Part shown: positions 32,068 through 42,043 of the stretch, piece by piece
How positions within the stretch are numbered: the stretch's first letter is position 1
Layout: each line of letters opens with the position of its first letter
From: Planctomycetota bacterium
Lineage (GTDB): Bacteria; Planctomycetota; SZUA-567; H5-PLA8
Length of the DNA stretch: 64,000 nucleotides
NCBI GenBank assembly: GCA_038227875.1
Contig: JBBRPR010000003.1
Coordinates: forward strand, 160,001 to 224,000
Reading direction: 5' to 3'
Translations under genes and position numbers: made by a program
The notes under the pieces: generated by a model
The model's input: only the letters and a program-made list of their open reading frames with translations
Database searches by the model: none
Told to the model about the DNA's origin: nothing

Positions 32068-33207
32068 ATGAAATTCGTCCCACTCTTCTTTTGTATTCTC
32101 GCGTGCTGGGTGTGCGCGGAAGAGGATCCGATGCAGAAAGTGCCGGAATACACACGAGACATTTGGCTTCGGGGTTCCGTCTCGGAGACAGACTTGGTTG
32201 TACGCGGTACACCCCACGCCATCCCCGGGATCGCTCAAGACGGACACAGCCAGACAACAGGACAACTCGCTGTCCAGGAGACGCTCTTCGGAACGGTTGA
32301 TCCCGCATGGCGTGACAATAAAGGCAATTTGATCCTGATCGAACCGTTTCGATGTACATGGGAACGCGAGGGAATATGGATTCTACTAAAAACAACAAAG
32401 GGCTATTTCGTAATCAACCCCGACTTCACTCCGCTTACTGGAACCGAATGGCCGAAAATTAATGATCGGCTGAAAGTAAAGCCGGCGCCTCCCGCGATAC
32501 TGAAAGCACACGTCTCGGAAACGTCGATTTATCACACGTACATGCTGCACGAGAATGAAACGTGGCATGGCACGAATGTGTTCAGGTACGCAGACAACGT
32601 CTGTTCGGAAGTATTCGTCAAGGGTGAGCGTGTGGGCTGCCGCAGTTGGGATTCAGCGGGAAGATTGTGCGCCATTTTCGTCTCTGGTTTAGGCGAAAGC
32701 TTGGACCGTGGCTTCTCCTTGGATTTCCACCTCGGAAAAGTGCGGAGCTTTGCGCATTTTAAGAATGGAAAAAAGGAAGGACTATCCTGCATCTATACGA
32801 CGAACGAAGCACAGCTCCGAGAAGAATCGCAATGGCACGCCGGATTGCGTCACGGCCGAACGAGGATCTGGGACCACGCCGGAATTCTTGAAAGCGACCT
32901 TGTTTACGAAGATGGACTTATCACCCCGATCATTCACCACGTTGGCGCTCAGCAACCGCAAGCAGAAGTATTCAGGAGTGAATTTGGAGTCGATTACTCC
33001 GCGCCGCGGGAGATCGTGGATCAGCTGCTGGTAGGAATGAATACCAACGACGTCTCCAATCTGATACGAACGGATTTTTCTGAGCGCAGCGGCTTGACGT
33101 TCAATTTTTATGGCTTTGAAACCCGACTACAGATTGTTTTCAAAGACGGCAAAATCAGCGAGCGAAAAGAAACCTGGAACGGCACCTGCCACACATTGCG
33201 GAAGTAG
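32068..33207 (+). CDS. Hypothetical exported protein with MORN/YwqK-like repeats
   Basis: Signal peptide at ATG 32068; HFKNGKKEGLSCIY, WHAGLRHGRTRIW and YEDG repeats; lower GC. Confidence 0.65.
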   Translation: MKFVPLFFCILACWVCAEEDPMQKVPEYTRDIWLRGSVSETDLVVRGTPHAIPGIAQDGHSQTTGQLAVQETLFGTVDPAWRDNKGNLILIEPFRCTWEREGIWILLKTTKGYFVINPDFTPLTGTEWPKINDRLKVKPAPPAILKAHVSETSIYHTYMLHENETWHGTNVFRYADNVCSEVFVKGERVGCRSWDSAGRLCAIFVSGLGESLDRGFSLDFHLGKVRSFAHFKNGKKEGLSCIYTTNEAQLREESQWHAGLRHGRTRIWDHAGILESDLVYEDGLITPIIHHVGAQQPQAEVFRSEFGVDYSAPREIVDQLLVGMNTNDVSNLIRTDFSERSGLTFNFYGFETRLQIVFKDGKISERKETWNGTCHTLRK

Positions 33208-33273
33208 GCTCAAGGCGACTGAGCGTTAACGTCTCATTTGTCCCTGCAGGCCCGGATCGCCGCGGTGTAACGG

Positions 33274-34824
33274 TCACTTCCCCAAGAAGAAATCCGTTAC
33301 TGCCGTCTCGCTGAGCAACGGCGTCCCGTCATACGACGGATTGGATTGAAGGCTCTTAACGAATCCCCCCGGCACCTCCAGCGAATACCAGAAGGTGGAT
33401 TGAAAAGCATTTTCCCCACCCCGCAGGATTTGCTCCTCTTTGACGCACTTAACCGGCTTGCCGCCAATCTGGACCACGTCATTCAAATCCACCACGCGCC
33501 GTACTATCGAACAGCGCTGTGCGTCCACCGCAAGACTGACTGTTTGTTTTCCCAAGCGGATGACCATCAGCTGGCTGTCCAAATAGCGTTCGGGCAGAGT
33601 TACCGCAGGGCAACTTCCCACGGTGACTTTCCATGGCCGCGCCCATTGATCCTGGCCCGAGTACGTTTTGTCTGCGCACGAAATTTCAGCGGCCGCCACT
33701 TTCATCGTCGACGCTCGCTCCGTCTGCAGTTTCGCGTTCATGTCGGTGACCTCCGGTGGAGGCAGATCGAGCGAAGTGGTAGCGACTCCGGAAGCCGTGT
33801 CACCCAATTCCATGTGTTCAAGTACTGCATACCCATCTGGCGTAAACCCGAGCAGCGTCTGCCGCGACTTGACACTTTTGCCCGAAGTCAGGTTCTTCGA
33901 GATTTGTTCCGTCCACGCACCCATGGCTGCGCCGGCCCACGCCCCGACTTTACTTTTGACCTGATCCGGCGGAAGTGGATCACCCCCGACTTTAAAATCG
34001 ACCACGGTTTCCCCGCCGACGATCTGATCACTCCCCGCCTTCCGTCGCTCACATTTCGCTTTTCTGCCGGGAATTTCGTCGCTGAGCCAGTAGGTCTGAT
34101 TCATGCCTGCCGCTGTTGTTTTCCACGTCACGCATGCGATCGTCTTGTCACCGATTTTCAGCGTCTCATCAAGCGAGTCCGCGCGACCTGTCACCGGAGC
34201 GGCGGAGCCTTTCTTCCAAATCACCTGGACGACATCCGGTTCGGGGTAAAGAGTCAGTTCGCTGTGTCCGAAGAATTCCAGATGCCCGGGAACATGTACT
34301 TTTGCTCCACGCCAGAGGGTCACGCTCGCTTGGTTTTCGCCTGTACCGTTCGTCCACACCCACACCTGGCAATGCACCGTCTGAGTGCCGATTTTCAAAT
34401 CTTCGTCGTCCTTCTTCTCGCCCTTCCATTCGGCCAGTTGCACAAATTTTTGTACTTTGCCGTCCTCGAAGATGATTTGTTCGGCATCGGGATTGGCTAG
34501 AAACCCGGCAGGAGTAATACGCGCCCCTGTTCCCGAATTTGAAGCGTAATCTTCCCGAATCCAATGGTTGTCCGACTGCCGGAAGTTTTGCATACTGACG
34601 GCGCCATTTGCCGCAATCCCGGTGACCATCAATTTCATTCGCCGGGATGTAGTCTTCCCGTCTTGCGTCGAGATTGCCTCTTCGTCCGTCCACGATCCGA
34701 CCGGAAATCCGCTCCATTGATTGTTGCTGGGCGGATGCTTCGCCTCTGGTTTCGCCTCCGCGGCGTGACTGGTGAAGTTCATCAACAATACAAGAACAAC
34801 AGCCGCCCTGTGTAAGGTTTGCAT
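33274..34824 (-). CDS. Hypothetical secreted protein with two-fold internal duplication
   Basis: Signal peptide. Paired motifs WSGFPVGSW / WAGAAMGAW, KIGDKTIAC / QIGGKPVKC and YWLSDEIPG / FWYSLEVPG. Confidence 0.72.
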   Translation of the reverse strand: MQTLHRAAVVLVLLMNFTSHAAEAKPEAKHPPSNNQWSGFPVGSWTDEEAISTQDGKTTSRRMKLMVTGIAANGAVSMQNFRQSDNHWIREDYASNSGTGARITPAGFLANPDAEQIIFEDGKVQKFVQLAEWKGEKKDDEDLKIGTQTVHCQVWVWTNGTGENQASVTLWRGAKVHVPGHLEFFGHSELTLYPEPDVVQVIWKKGSAAPVTGRADSLDETLKIGDKTIACVTWKTTAAGMNQTYWLSDEIPGRKAKCERRKAGSDQIVGGETVVDFKVGGDPLPPDQVKSKVGAWAGAAMGAWTEQISKNLTSGKSVKSRQTLLGFTPDGYAVLEHMELGDTASGVATTSLDLPPPEVTDMNAKLQTERASTMKVAAAEISCADKTYSGQDQWARPWKVTVGSCPAVTLPERYLDSQLMVIRLGKQTVSLAVDAQRCSIVRRVVDLNDVVQIGGKPVKCVKEEQILRGGENAFQSTFWYSLEVPGGFVKSLQSNPSYDGTPLLSETAVTDFFLGK

Positions 34825-34932
34825 TCTTCCCCCTTTTTATAAGGTCTAAATGGCGCTGAGAACGTATCGCGAGAAGAAACGCGCTGCAATTGACGACGTG
34901 AGCCCCCGTGCGCCCAGAACGCGCCGCCCCCT

Positions 34933-35027
34933 CCAGCCCAACGGGCTGAAATGCGAAAGCCCGGGGCAACGCCCCTGGAACCAATCCGTGCGATTTTCAG
35001 AAGCTCTGAAAGAGCGACATCGAAGCC
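34933..35027 (+). repeat. REP-like three-hairpin element, copy A
   Basis: CAGCCC-aac-GGGCTG, GGGGC-aac-GCCCC and GCTCT-gaa-AGAGC; direct repeat of 37541-37634. Confidence 0.85.
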
Positions 35028-35157
35028 GCGCGCGAACCCCGATCATGGTTAAAGTTGGCGGCTGGCCTCGCTCAAGAAACACCGCTCTCGTCTTGCTCCC
35101 AAAACGTGGGTGCCATGCGTCTGAGGCCGTTTTCAGACGCATGCGTTGAGCGTTGCC

Positions 35158-37458
35158 TCACCCCGGCAGGAAAATCCACGGCAGCCAGCGCAGCATCACT
35201 TCCTGCCACGGCATCAGTTTCGCCCGGCCTCGGGCTTCGCGTTGCTCATTGATCACTTCGACCAGTTCTGGCCATTGCCGCTCCGCCAGCAGCAGCACCG
35301 TGAATTGCTTTAGATTTTGAGCCTGCAGCGGATCCTGAGCCGCCACCACTGCCCGATCGATCTTCAGCGCCTGCCGCAGCAGCGGAATCGCAAGGTCATG
35401 GCGCATCTGCGCGGCATACATGTTTCCGAGGTTGCGCGCGCACTCCGCACAAATGCGGCTCTGCGGCCCAATCCGCTGAAAAATCGCAAGCGCCTCCTTC
35501 AGTCGCGGTTCAGCCTGATCGAAGTCACGTTTTTTCGCGTGGAGATTACCGAGTCCGTTGAGACACACCGCATAGTCGTGGTGCTCTTTCCCCAGATTCT
35601 TTTCGCATACCGCCAGACCTTCCCGCAAAAGCGGTTCAGCCTTTTCGAACTGGCGAATTTGTACATACAAGAAGGCCAGGTTGTTCAGAGCGACGATGCA
35701 ATTGGGATGCGCGGCCCCCAGCGACGTTTGGCGCACCCGCAAAGACTCTTCCCTCAACGCGAGCGCTTTTCGGGTCTCGCCCATGCCGTTATAGACATTG
35801 GATAGGTTGTTGCTGAACTTCGCAAATTTCGGGTGCGCCCCACCGAGCGACTTTTTCACAATGTCACACGCGTTTTCCAGTAATGGCTGAGCGTCCTTGA
35901 ACCGGCGTCGGGCGTACAGGTTGGTGGCCAGATTATTCAGCGCGTCCGCATAGTCGACATGCCACTCGCCCAGCGCCGCTTTCTTGACAATCACCGCCTC
36001 AGTGAACAGGCGTTCGGCCTTGTCATAATCTCCCTGTTTTTGATAGTACGCCGCCAGATTATTCAAACTCATGCCGTACTCGGCATGCGAAACACCAAGC
36101 ACTCGTTTTCGAATCTCCAGCGCTTTCTGATGCAATTCTTCAACGCGGGTGAGATCGCCACTCTTTTCGAGATACTGTGCGAGATTGTTGATCCCGGTGG
36201 CATACAGCGGATGTTCGTGACCGGTCGACTTTTCGATGATGGCAAGAGCTTCGTGATTCGTCACAATGGCTTTTGAATACTGCGCCATCTTGAAATACAC
36301 ACAAGCGAGATTGATCAGAACGGGGGCCAGCTCCGGATGCTGCATCCCCAGCGCCCGTTTTTTTACGTCGATTGACCGTAGCAGCATGGTTTCTGCTTTG
36401 GCGTATTCGCCCCTGTTATCATGAATCATTGCCAAATTGCTCAGCGTGGCAGCATACCCGGGATGCTCGACGCCCAGCGTTCGTTCTTTCACGTTCAAAC
36501 ATTCCTCATACCGATCCACGGCAGCCGCATAATTGCCCATCATTCCATTCAGCACAGCTAGATTGTTCAGCAGGGTCGCGTATTTGGGATGCTCAGCGCC
36601 GACGACGGCCTTCAGAATCCGGAGGGATTCAACGTACAAAGTTTCAGCCCGTTTGTATTCGCCCTTTCCCTGGTACATGCCCGCCAGATTGACCAACCCC
36701 ACCGCCACATCCACATGCAATCCGGCGTAGCAGGATTGCCAGATCTCAACTGCTTGTAGAAAAAGCGGCTCCGCGGCGGCGAACCGCGCTGCCGCATAGT
36801 GAAGAAGTGCCAGTTCATTAAGCGCGCCGGCGAATTCAGGATGCGCTTTGCCCAGCGCCTCTTCACGAATTTTCAACACTTCTTCGGCGGCCGGGAGCGC
36901 CGCGCTGGATTTCGCCAATTTCAGAAGCACCACTTTGACCATCAAACTGCGCGCGTACTCCTGCGGGTCTTTCCGCGCACTGGCCGCGTGAAGGCTCAAG
37001 GCCTCATCATTCAATTCAGCCGCGCGATCGGGATGAGCGAGTTCCAATTGGATCTGCGCCATGACCCGCAAGCTTTCGGCCAGAGCGATCGGGCTTTCGC
37101 CGGCCCATTTTCTCCGCAGCTCCAGCGCCTGGTTGCAGAAGGATTCCGCTTGCGCGTAGTGCCCCAGTCCCACGTGGCATTCTGCCAGCCCGTTCAGCGT
37201 CCGCGCCGTCTCCGCGTGCCCCAACCCGAGGTGCTGCTGTTGCAGTGCCAGCGCCGCGTTGAAATTCTGTTGAGCAGGAGTGTACTGCTCCAATTTGCGC
37301 TGAACTTCCGCGAGAAAAAACAGGCGCGCCGCAAATCCAGCAGGATCCGCCTGCGCCCCCGCTGCAGCCGCATCAACCCGCTTTTGCGCCAGCGGCAACA
37401 ATTCAACAAACTTGCCCTGGCGAAAGAGCACTTCGCTCGATTCGAAACTGCTGTCCAT
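35158..37458 (-). CDS. Tetratricopeptide repeat protein (42-aa kinesin-light-chain type repeats)
   Basis: Many LGxxHPxxAxxLNNLA repeats along the whole length. Confidence 0.9.
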   Translation of the reverse strand: MDSSFESSEVLFRQGKFVELLPLAQKRVDAAAAGAQADPAGFAARLFFLAEVQRKLEQYTPAQQNFNAALALQQQHLGLGHAETARTLNGLAECHVGLGHYAQAESFCNQALELRRKWAGESPIALAESLRVMAQIQLELAHPDRAAELNDEALSLHAASARKDPQEYARSLMVKVVLLKLAKSSAALPAAEEVLKIREEALGKAHPEFAGALNELALLHYAAARFAAAEPLFLQAVEIWQSCYAGLHVDVAVGLVNLAGMYQGKGEYKRAETLYVESLRILKAVVGAEHPKYATLLNNLAVLNGMMGNYAAAVDRYEECLNVKERTLGVEHPGYAATLSNLAMIHDNRGEYAKAETMLLRSIDVKKRALGMQHPELAPVLINLACVYFKMAQYSKAIVTNHEALAIIEKSTGHEHPLYATGINNLAQYLEKSGDLTRVEELHQKALEIRKRVLGVSHAEYGMSLNNLAAYYQKQGDYDKAERLFTEAVIVKKAALGEWHVDYADALNNLATNLYARRRFKDAQPLLENACDIVKKSLGGAHPKFAKFSNNLSNVYNGMGETRKALALREESLRVRQTSLGAAHPNCIVALNNLAFLYVQIRQFEKAEPLLREGLAVCEKNLGKEHHDYAVCLNGLGNLHAKKRDFDQAEPRLKEALAIFQRIGPQSRICAECARNLGNMYAAQMRHDLAIPLLRQALKIDRAVVAAQDPLQAQNLKQFTVLLLAERQWPELVEVINEQREARGRAKLMPWQEVMLRWLPWIFLPG

Positions 37459-37540
37459 GCCCCGATTCTAAAAGATCCCTGCGAACCGAAACAGATGTAA
37501 TTCGTTGTAAAATATGCACCAGTTCGGTATTCCACCTACG

Positions 37541-37634
37541 CCAGCCCAACGGGCTGAAATGCGAAAGCCAGGGGCGCCGCCCCTGGAAAATAATCCGCGC
37601 AATTCAAAAGCTCTGAAAGAGCGAAATCGAAGCC
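37541..37634 (+). repeat. REP-like three-hairpin element, copy B
   Basis: First 29 nt are identical to copy A, with the same three hairpins. Confidence 0.85.
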
Positions 37635-37637
37635 ACC

Positions 37638-38096
37638 TCAAAACTTAAGATTCATTTCCCGTATCATTTGAAGTATAGAAATACATTGTACCTTCCTTGC
37701 ACGACAGACGTCTGGAATTCGGACACGTGATCCTCCAGATCCTTCTTCGCTAACAACAACTGCATTAGCAGCCTCCGCTTGCGCAATCACCCAAGGATCA
37801 GCTCCGCTACGATTTTTTTTAGCATCCACCAATTTCGGGTGGTTATGCATAATCTCTCGAAGAATTACTTGCACGCCATCATCCGGCGCTCGAAAAAAAT
37901 TGTCTTTCCGATCTTTAGCCCAAGTAAGAAGTCCGTCTTCGACCCTTGTAAGTTCATCGAAGACCTGATCCGTGCAAACAATTCGGCCTTGCGCCGCAAA
38001 CGCATCAATTCCTTCCCAGTACCCTGGAAAGACATCTATCGGATACCGCCGATGCCATGGTTCAATGAATGCGTTAGTGTCGAGACAAAAAACCAT
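37638..38096 (-). CDS. PIN-domain protein (DUF4411 family)
   Basis: FCLDTNAFI, YPIDVFPGYW, ADPWVIAQA, VVSEE and RIPDVC. Confidence 0.85.
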   Translation of the reverse strand: MVFCLDTNAFIEPWHRRYPIDVFPGYWEGIDAFAAQGRIVCTDQVFDELTRVEDGLLTWAKDRKDNFFRAPDDGVQVILREIMHNHPKLVDAKKNRSGADPWVIAQAEAANAVVVSEEGSGGSRVRIPDVCRARKVQCISILQMIREMNLKF

Positions 38097-38097
38097 T

Positions 38098-39276
38098 CTA
38101 TTCCCCGACGGAAATCGTGTTCTTCATCTCTTCAAAATATTTAAGTTTCAAATCCAGTAATCCGACCACATCTCCCGTACTCACTAACTCATCTGCGTAG
38201 GCTTGGAACACCAAGCGCGGAAAAGCGCGGCCTGTATCCCTAAGCACCATGGTCACGCGTGGGATTCGCAATTCTTTGACAGACTCTTTCCTGCGGCTGA
38301 CGAATTCCGCATACTGTTTTCGGTTAAACTCACGCGCGTCGACGAAGTCGTCCCACTCGATCATGTGTGCTTGCAACATTCGGCGCGCGATAACGTCTCG
38401 ACTTACGGAATACAGCCCCGCAAGACCATCTATCGCCGCTCGCAAGTTTCCACTCCAGTCAAATCTTTGCGCCTCTTCATTAAAATCTTCAAGCGGGACC
38501 AAGCACTCAGCCGCAACAGCATTGCAGAAAGTTTCGATTTTCTGAACTTCCGTGCTGGGCTGAAAAACTGGCGTCATATCGGACACACCATCAATTCCCA
38601 AAAAGATGTGGCAAAGCTCATGCATGAGTGTGAAGAGACGTCCAGCGTTCGCATCCTGCGAGTTGACCAATACAGCCGGAGCAAATTCGTCTGCGATCGC
38701 AAAGCCTCGCATTTCGTCTATAGCCACTGTACTTGATTGAAAGACGAGAATCCCTTTAGCCTCTACCGCTTTCTGCCATGTCCGGAAACTATTTTCTACG
38801 CTTCTCCACGACTTCTGTTCGGCGATGTGAATCCCAAACGTTTTGCGCATTCGTTGCGCTAACTGGGTTATTGTTTCTGACTCCGGGCTGCTACCAACAA
38901 AAGAACAAACACCAACCGCCATCTCTTTTCTTAGTTCATGCGCCCATTCCTGCCGTTCCTTTACGCGCCTGATCAAAAATAAAAGTGCCGGTGAAAATTC
39001 GACAGGCTCTCCGTCAGGAAGCCGCCTAAAATCACGAATTGTATCAAATCCACTAGGGGGTTCAGCGAGGTAAAAGACTGCAATTGGACGATGATATAGA
39101 GACGCGATCCGCTTCAGTTCGCTAAACGTAACCGCTTTTTCACCAGACTCCCATTGTTGTAAAATCACCGTTGAAACTTTAAGTTTTTCGGCCGCCGTTA
39201 CGGTACTAAATCCAGCAGTCTCGCGTCCCCAAATCAGAAGATCGGGCGTAATTAGCGCTTTGATCGACTTGGCCAT
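38098..39276 (-). CDS. XRE-HTH + ImmA/IrrE (peptidase M78) metallopeptidase
   Basis: N-terminal HTH (LIWGRETAGFS...QQWESG), DFR, RLFTLMHELCH (HExxH) and ETFCNAVAAECLVP. Confidence 0.9.
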   Translation of the reverse strand: MAKSIKALITPDLLIWGRETAGFSTVTAAEKLKVSTVILQQWESGEKAVTFSELKRIASLYHRPIAVFYLAEPPSGFDTIRDFRRLPDGEPVEFSPALLFLIRRVKERQEWAHELRKEMAVGVCSFVGSSPESETITQLAQRMRKTFGIHIAEQKSWRSVENSFRTWQKAVEAKGILVFQSSTVAIDEMRGFAIADEFAPAVLVNSQDANAGRLFTLMHELCHIFLGIDGVSDMTPVFQPSTEVQKIETFCNAVAAECLVPLEDFNEEAQRFDWSGNLRAAIDGLAGLYSVSRDVIARRMLQAHMIEWDDFVDAREFNRKQYAEFVSRRKESVKELRIPRVTMVLRDTGRAFPRLVFQAYADELVSTGDVVGLLDLKLKYFEEMKNTISVGE

Positions 39277-39613
39277 ATTACTCACGATATCGACTTCCTC
39301 AGGTAATTCCATAAGAACAAACTTTTACAGACGTCTGTAAAAAAGCATACGCACTCGGTAGGAACTAAACGGGGTGATGGGGACCATTTTCTATTAATTC
39401 AGAGCTGGTGACGAACGCCCTTCGTGCGAATTTTCAGGCACGCGCGCGAGTAAAGCTTCGTCTGAGAAATCAGAGAGGCGGATAGACTGCGCGGTGGCCA
39501 TCGATCGGTCTGTGCGCGCGGGCGTTGCTTCAGCGATCGGCAGCTTAAGCCCGGCGGGTGACCAACTATCGCGGGTTCTGATAACACCATACACAATTTC
39601 CCAGAGCTAGTTC

Positions 39614-39700
39614 GGGCCTTCAGCCCTAAACCGAGACGGATGGAGCGATAGGCTCTGGGGCGTTGCCCCAGTCTGGTATAGCGCCGGGCCTTCGGCCCTC
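39614..39700 (-). repeat. REP-like three-hairpin element, diverged inverted copy C
   Basis: Minus strand reads GGGCC-gaa-GGCCC, CTGGGGC-aac-GCCCCAG and GGGC-tgaag-GCCC. Confidence 0.65.
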
Positions 39701-40446
39701 AGTCCGGCTAAAGGTTGTCGGTGGTCGGTCGGGGGTTCCGGCGTAGACGTCCGCACTATGGCTGCGTAGTTCCTCGTCCGAGTTCAACCACCGATCCGAC
39801 CAAAAGTGGTCGGTAACAGCATCATCCGCGCTTCGCGTCCAGCATAGCCAAAAACGCGTCCGCAGAAGCCTCTGCGCCACTCCGCAACCTCAACCCGATG
39901 GAAATGCCATTCGACACCTCAACCCCTCCCCAGCCCCACAGAACGCAAATCACGCGATCCCCCGAAGGAATTCAAACTACCCCAAATCGCCCGCACCTCG
40001 AGCACCCGCTGCATCACCTATCTTATAAAATCTTTTTATCAAATCTTCAAAATAACACTTGACTTTTGCATTCAATGACCGCTTATATAGTATAGGAAAT
40101 TATGCGATGCTCTCTTTCAAACGTGCCTGCCAATAGTCGGGACATCGATTTATCGCAACGCTGCTACCGACAACTTTTAGCCGGACTCATCGTTCGAACT
40201 CGCGAACGCCCGCACGTCAAGGATTCCGCTCTGCATATGCAGTACGCTCCCAACCGACCACCGACCACTTTCGCCGGACGGATCTGGACAAGTCAAACCA
40301 CCGTTGCATGCTCGATGTGCATCTATGAAGGAGGCCCAAATCCGGTAACATTTTGTAACATTCTGTCACATGCACCGCGTTCTTCCCCGCGAGGTGCACG
40401 ATCTTCAACCTTGACAGGCTCGCGAAAGAAGCTTAAACCACTACCT

Positions 40447-41898
40447 ATGGCAACGTCCGTTCCCACCGAACAGATTCAATTCGCGCAAGTCGCGGCCAGC
40501 CAGCATTTTGTCACGCCCGAACAGGTCCGCGCCGGCATCGCGCTCTACCAGCGCTACGTCAACGCCGGGGGCGAAGTGCCCTCCATGGCGCGCATCCTCG
40601 TCGGCAAGGGCTGGCTCAGCGCCTCGCAAGGCACCATGGTCCTCCGCCACCTGATGGAAGGCGGAGCGTTGCCCGTGCAGGTCCAGAACGGCAATGGGCA
40701 CAACGGCCTCCACGGCAGCAACCCCGACGAATCCGTCGACGCGCCGATGGAAATCGAAACCGACGAACCGCCCCAGGCGGCCATCGCGTCGGGCGAAGTC
40801 CCGCAGATCGGTTCGGCCGACTTCGAAGCCATGGACGACCTGGGACTCGAACCGCCCGGCTCGAACATCGACCTCCCTGTCAGCTCCGGCGTCGCCGCGC
40901 CCGTGGTCGACGAACGCCAGGCGCTGATCCAGGGCCTCGGTGCAACGGTGCTCCGCAAAGAACTCAAAGACATCAAGGGCTACAAGATCACCCAGGTGAT
41001 CGGCGAAGGCTCGATGGGCATCGTCTACAAAGCGCATCAGATCTCCATGGACCGCACCGTCGCGCTGAAAGTGCTGCCGGCGGAGAAGACCAAGGACCAG
41101 CGCTTCGTCGAAGAATTCCTGACGCAGGCTCGAGCCATGGGCCGCTTGAATCATCCGAATCTGATCCGCGTGCATGAAGTCGGCAAGAGCGGCGAGACGT
41201 ACTACTACTCGATGGAATACGTCGACGGCCAGCGCCTCGACGAATGGATGGACGAATGCGAAGGCGGACGGCTGGACGCGAAGGAGGCCGTGAAGGTCTT
41301 CGTCCAGATTGCCGCGGCGCTGGACTACGGTTTCCGCGCCGGCGTGATCCACCGCGAAATCCGCCCCAACTCGGTGCTCGTCGGCGACGACGGGCAGGCG
41401 AAGCTCTCCGAACTGGGACTGACCAAGGACGAACACACCCGCTTCCTCGACGGCGAGAACGCATACTACGTCGCGCCCGAACAGGCCAAGGGCCTGCCGG
41501 TCAACACGCAAGCGGACATCTACTCGCTGGGCTGCTGTCTCTTCCACTGCCTCACCGGCGAGCCGCCATTCCAGGGTGGCAGCCCCAAGGAAGTGCTCTC
41601 GCGCCGCCTGGTCGCCGTCACGCCCGACCCGCGCGAACTGAATCCGGATCTGCCGCAGAGTCTCGCGGACGTGGTGATGCGGATGATGGCGCGCGAATCC
41701 AAGGAGCGTTTCCAGACGCCCGCCGAAATCGCCGAGGCGCTGAAGAAGGTGCAGTTCGGATTGAGCTCCATCGCCAAAAAACCGCAGGTCGGCCAGATCA
41801 AGCGCCCCCTGCGTCCCGGCCAGCGCCGCCCGCTCGGTGGGGCCAACGGCCGGCGGCCGAACCGGTCGGGGAATCGGAATAATAAGTATCGACGATAG
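40447..41898 (+). CDS. Hanks-type Ser/Thr kinase-fold protein, probable pseudokinase
   Basis: GEGSMG, VALK, LNHPNL, APE and DIYSLG are present, but HRD is HRE and DFG is ELG. Basic C-terminal tail. Confidence 0.88.
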   Translation: MATSVPTEQIQFAQVAASQHFVTPEQVRAGIALYQRYVNAGGEVPSMARILVGKGWLSASQGTMVLRHLMEGGALPVQVQNGNGHNGLHGSNPDESVDAPMEIETDEPPQAAIASGEVPQIGSADFEAMDDLGLEPPGSNIDLPVSSGVAAPVVDERQALIQGLGATVLRKELKDIKGYKITQVIGEGSMGIVYKAHQISMDRTVALKVLPAEKTKDQRFVEEFLTQARAMGRLNHPNLIRVHEVGKSGETYYYSMEYVDGQRLDEWMDECEGGRLDAKEAVKVFVQIAAALDYGFRAGVIHREIRPNSVLVGDDGQAKLSELGLTKDEHTRFLDGENAYYVAPEQAKGLPVNTQADIYSLGCCLFHCLTGEPPFQGGSPKEVLSRRLVAVTPDPRELNPDLPQSLADVVMRMMARESKERFQTPAEIAEALKKVQFGLSSIAKKPQVGQIKRPLRPGQRRPLGGANGRRPNRSGNRNNKYRR

Positions 41899-42043
41899 GA
41901 CGAGGATTGAGATACCGCACGAAGCTATTGCCGTTCCATAATTTTTGACACATTCAAAGGGATTCCTTAAGCACGGTTTCCGTTCAGGCCTGAGCGCGAA
42001 CCTCAGTCCTCGGCCCTCAGTCCTTCTGTTAGGAGCGCAGCGA

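Noticed and set aside
34846..35149. Short ORFs on both strands
   Set aside because: They run across REP-like copy A and are probably spurious.
40102..40446. N-terminal ORF extension of the kinase-fold gene (likewise extensions at 41945, 43107, 48762, 56769, 60094 and 60900)
   Set aside because: These have atypical composition or overlap repeat arms; downstream starts fit better.
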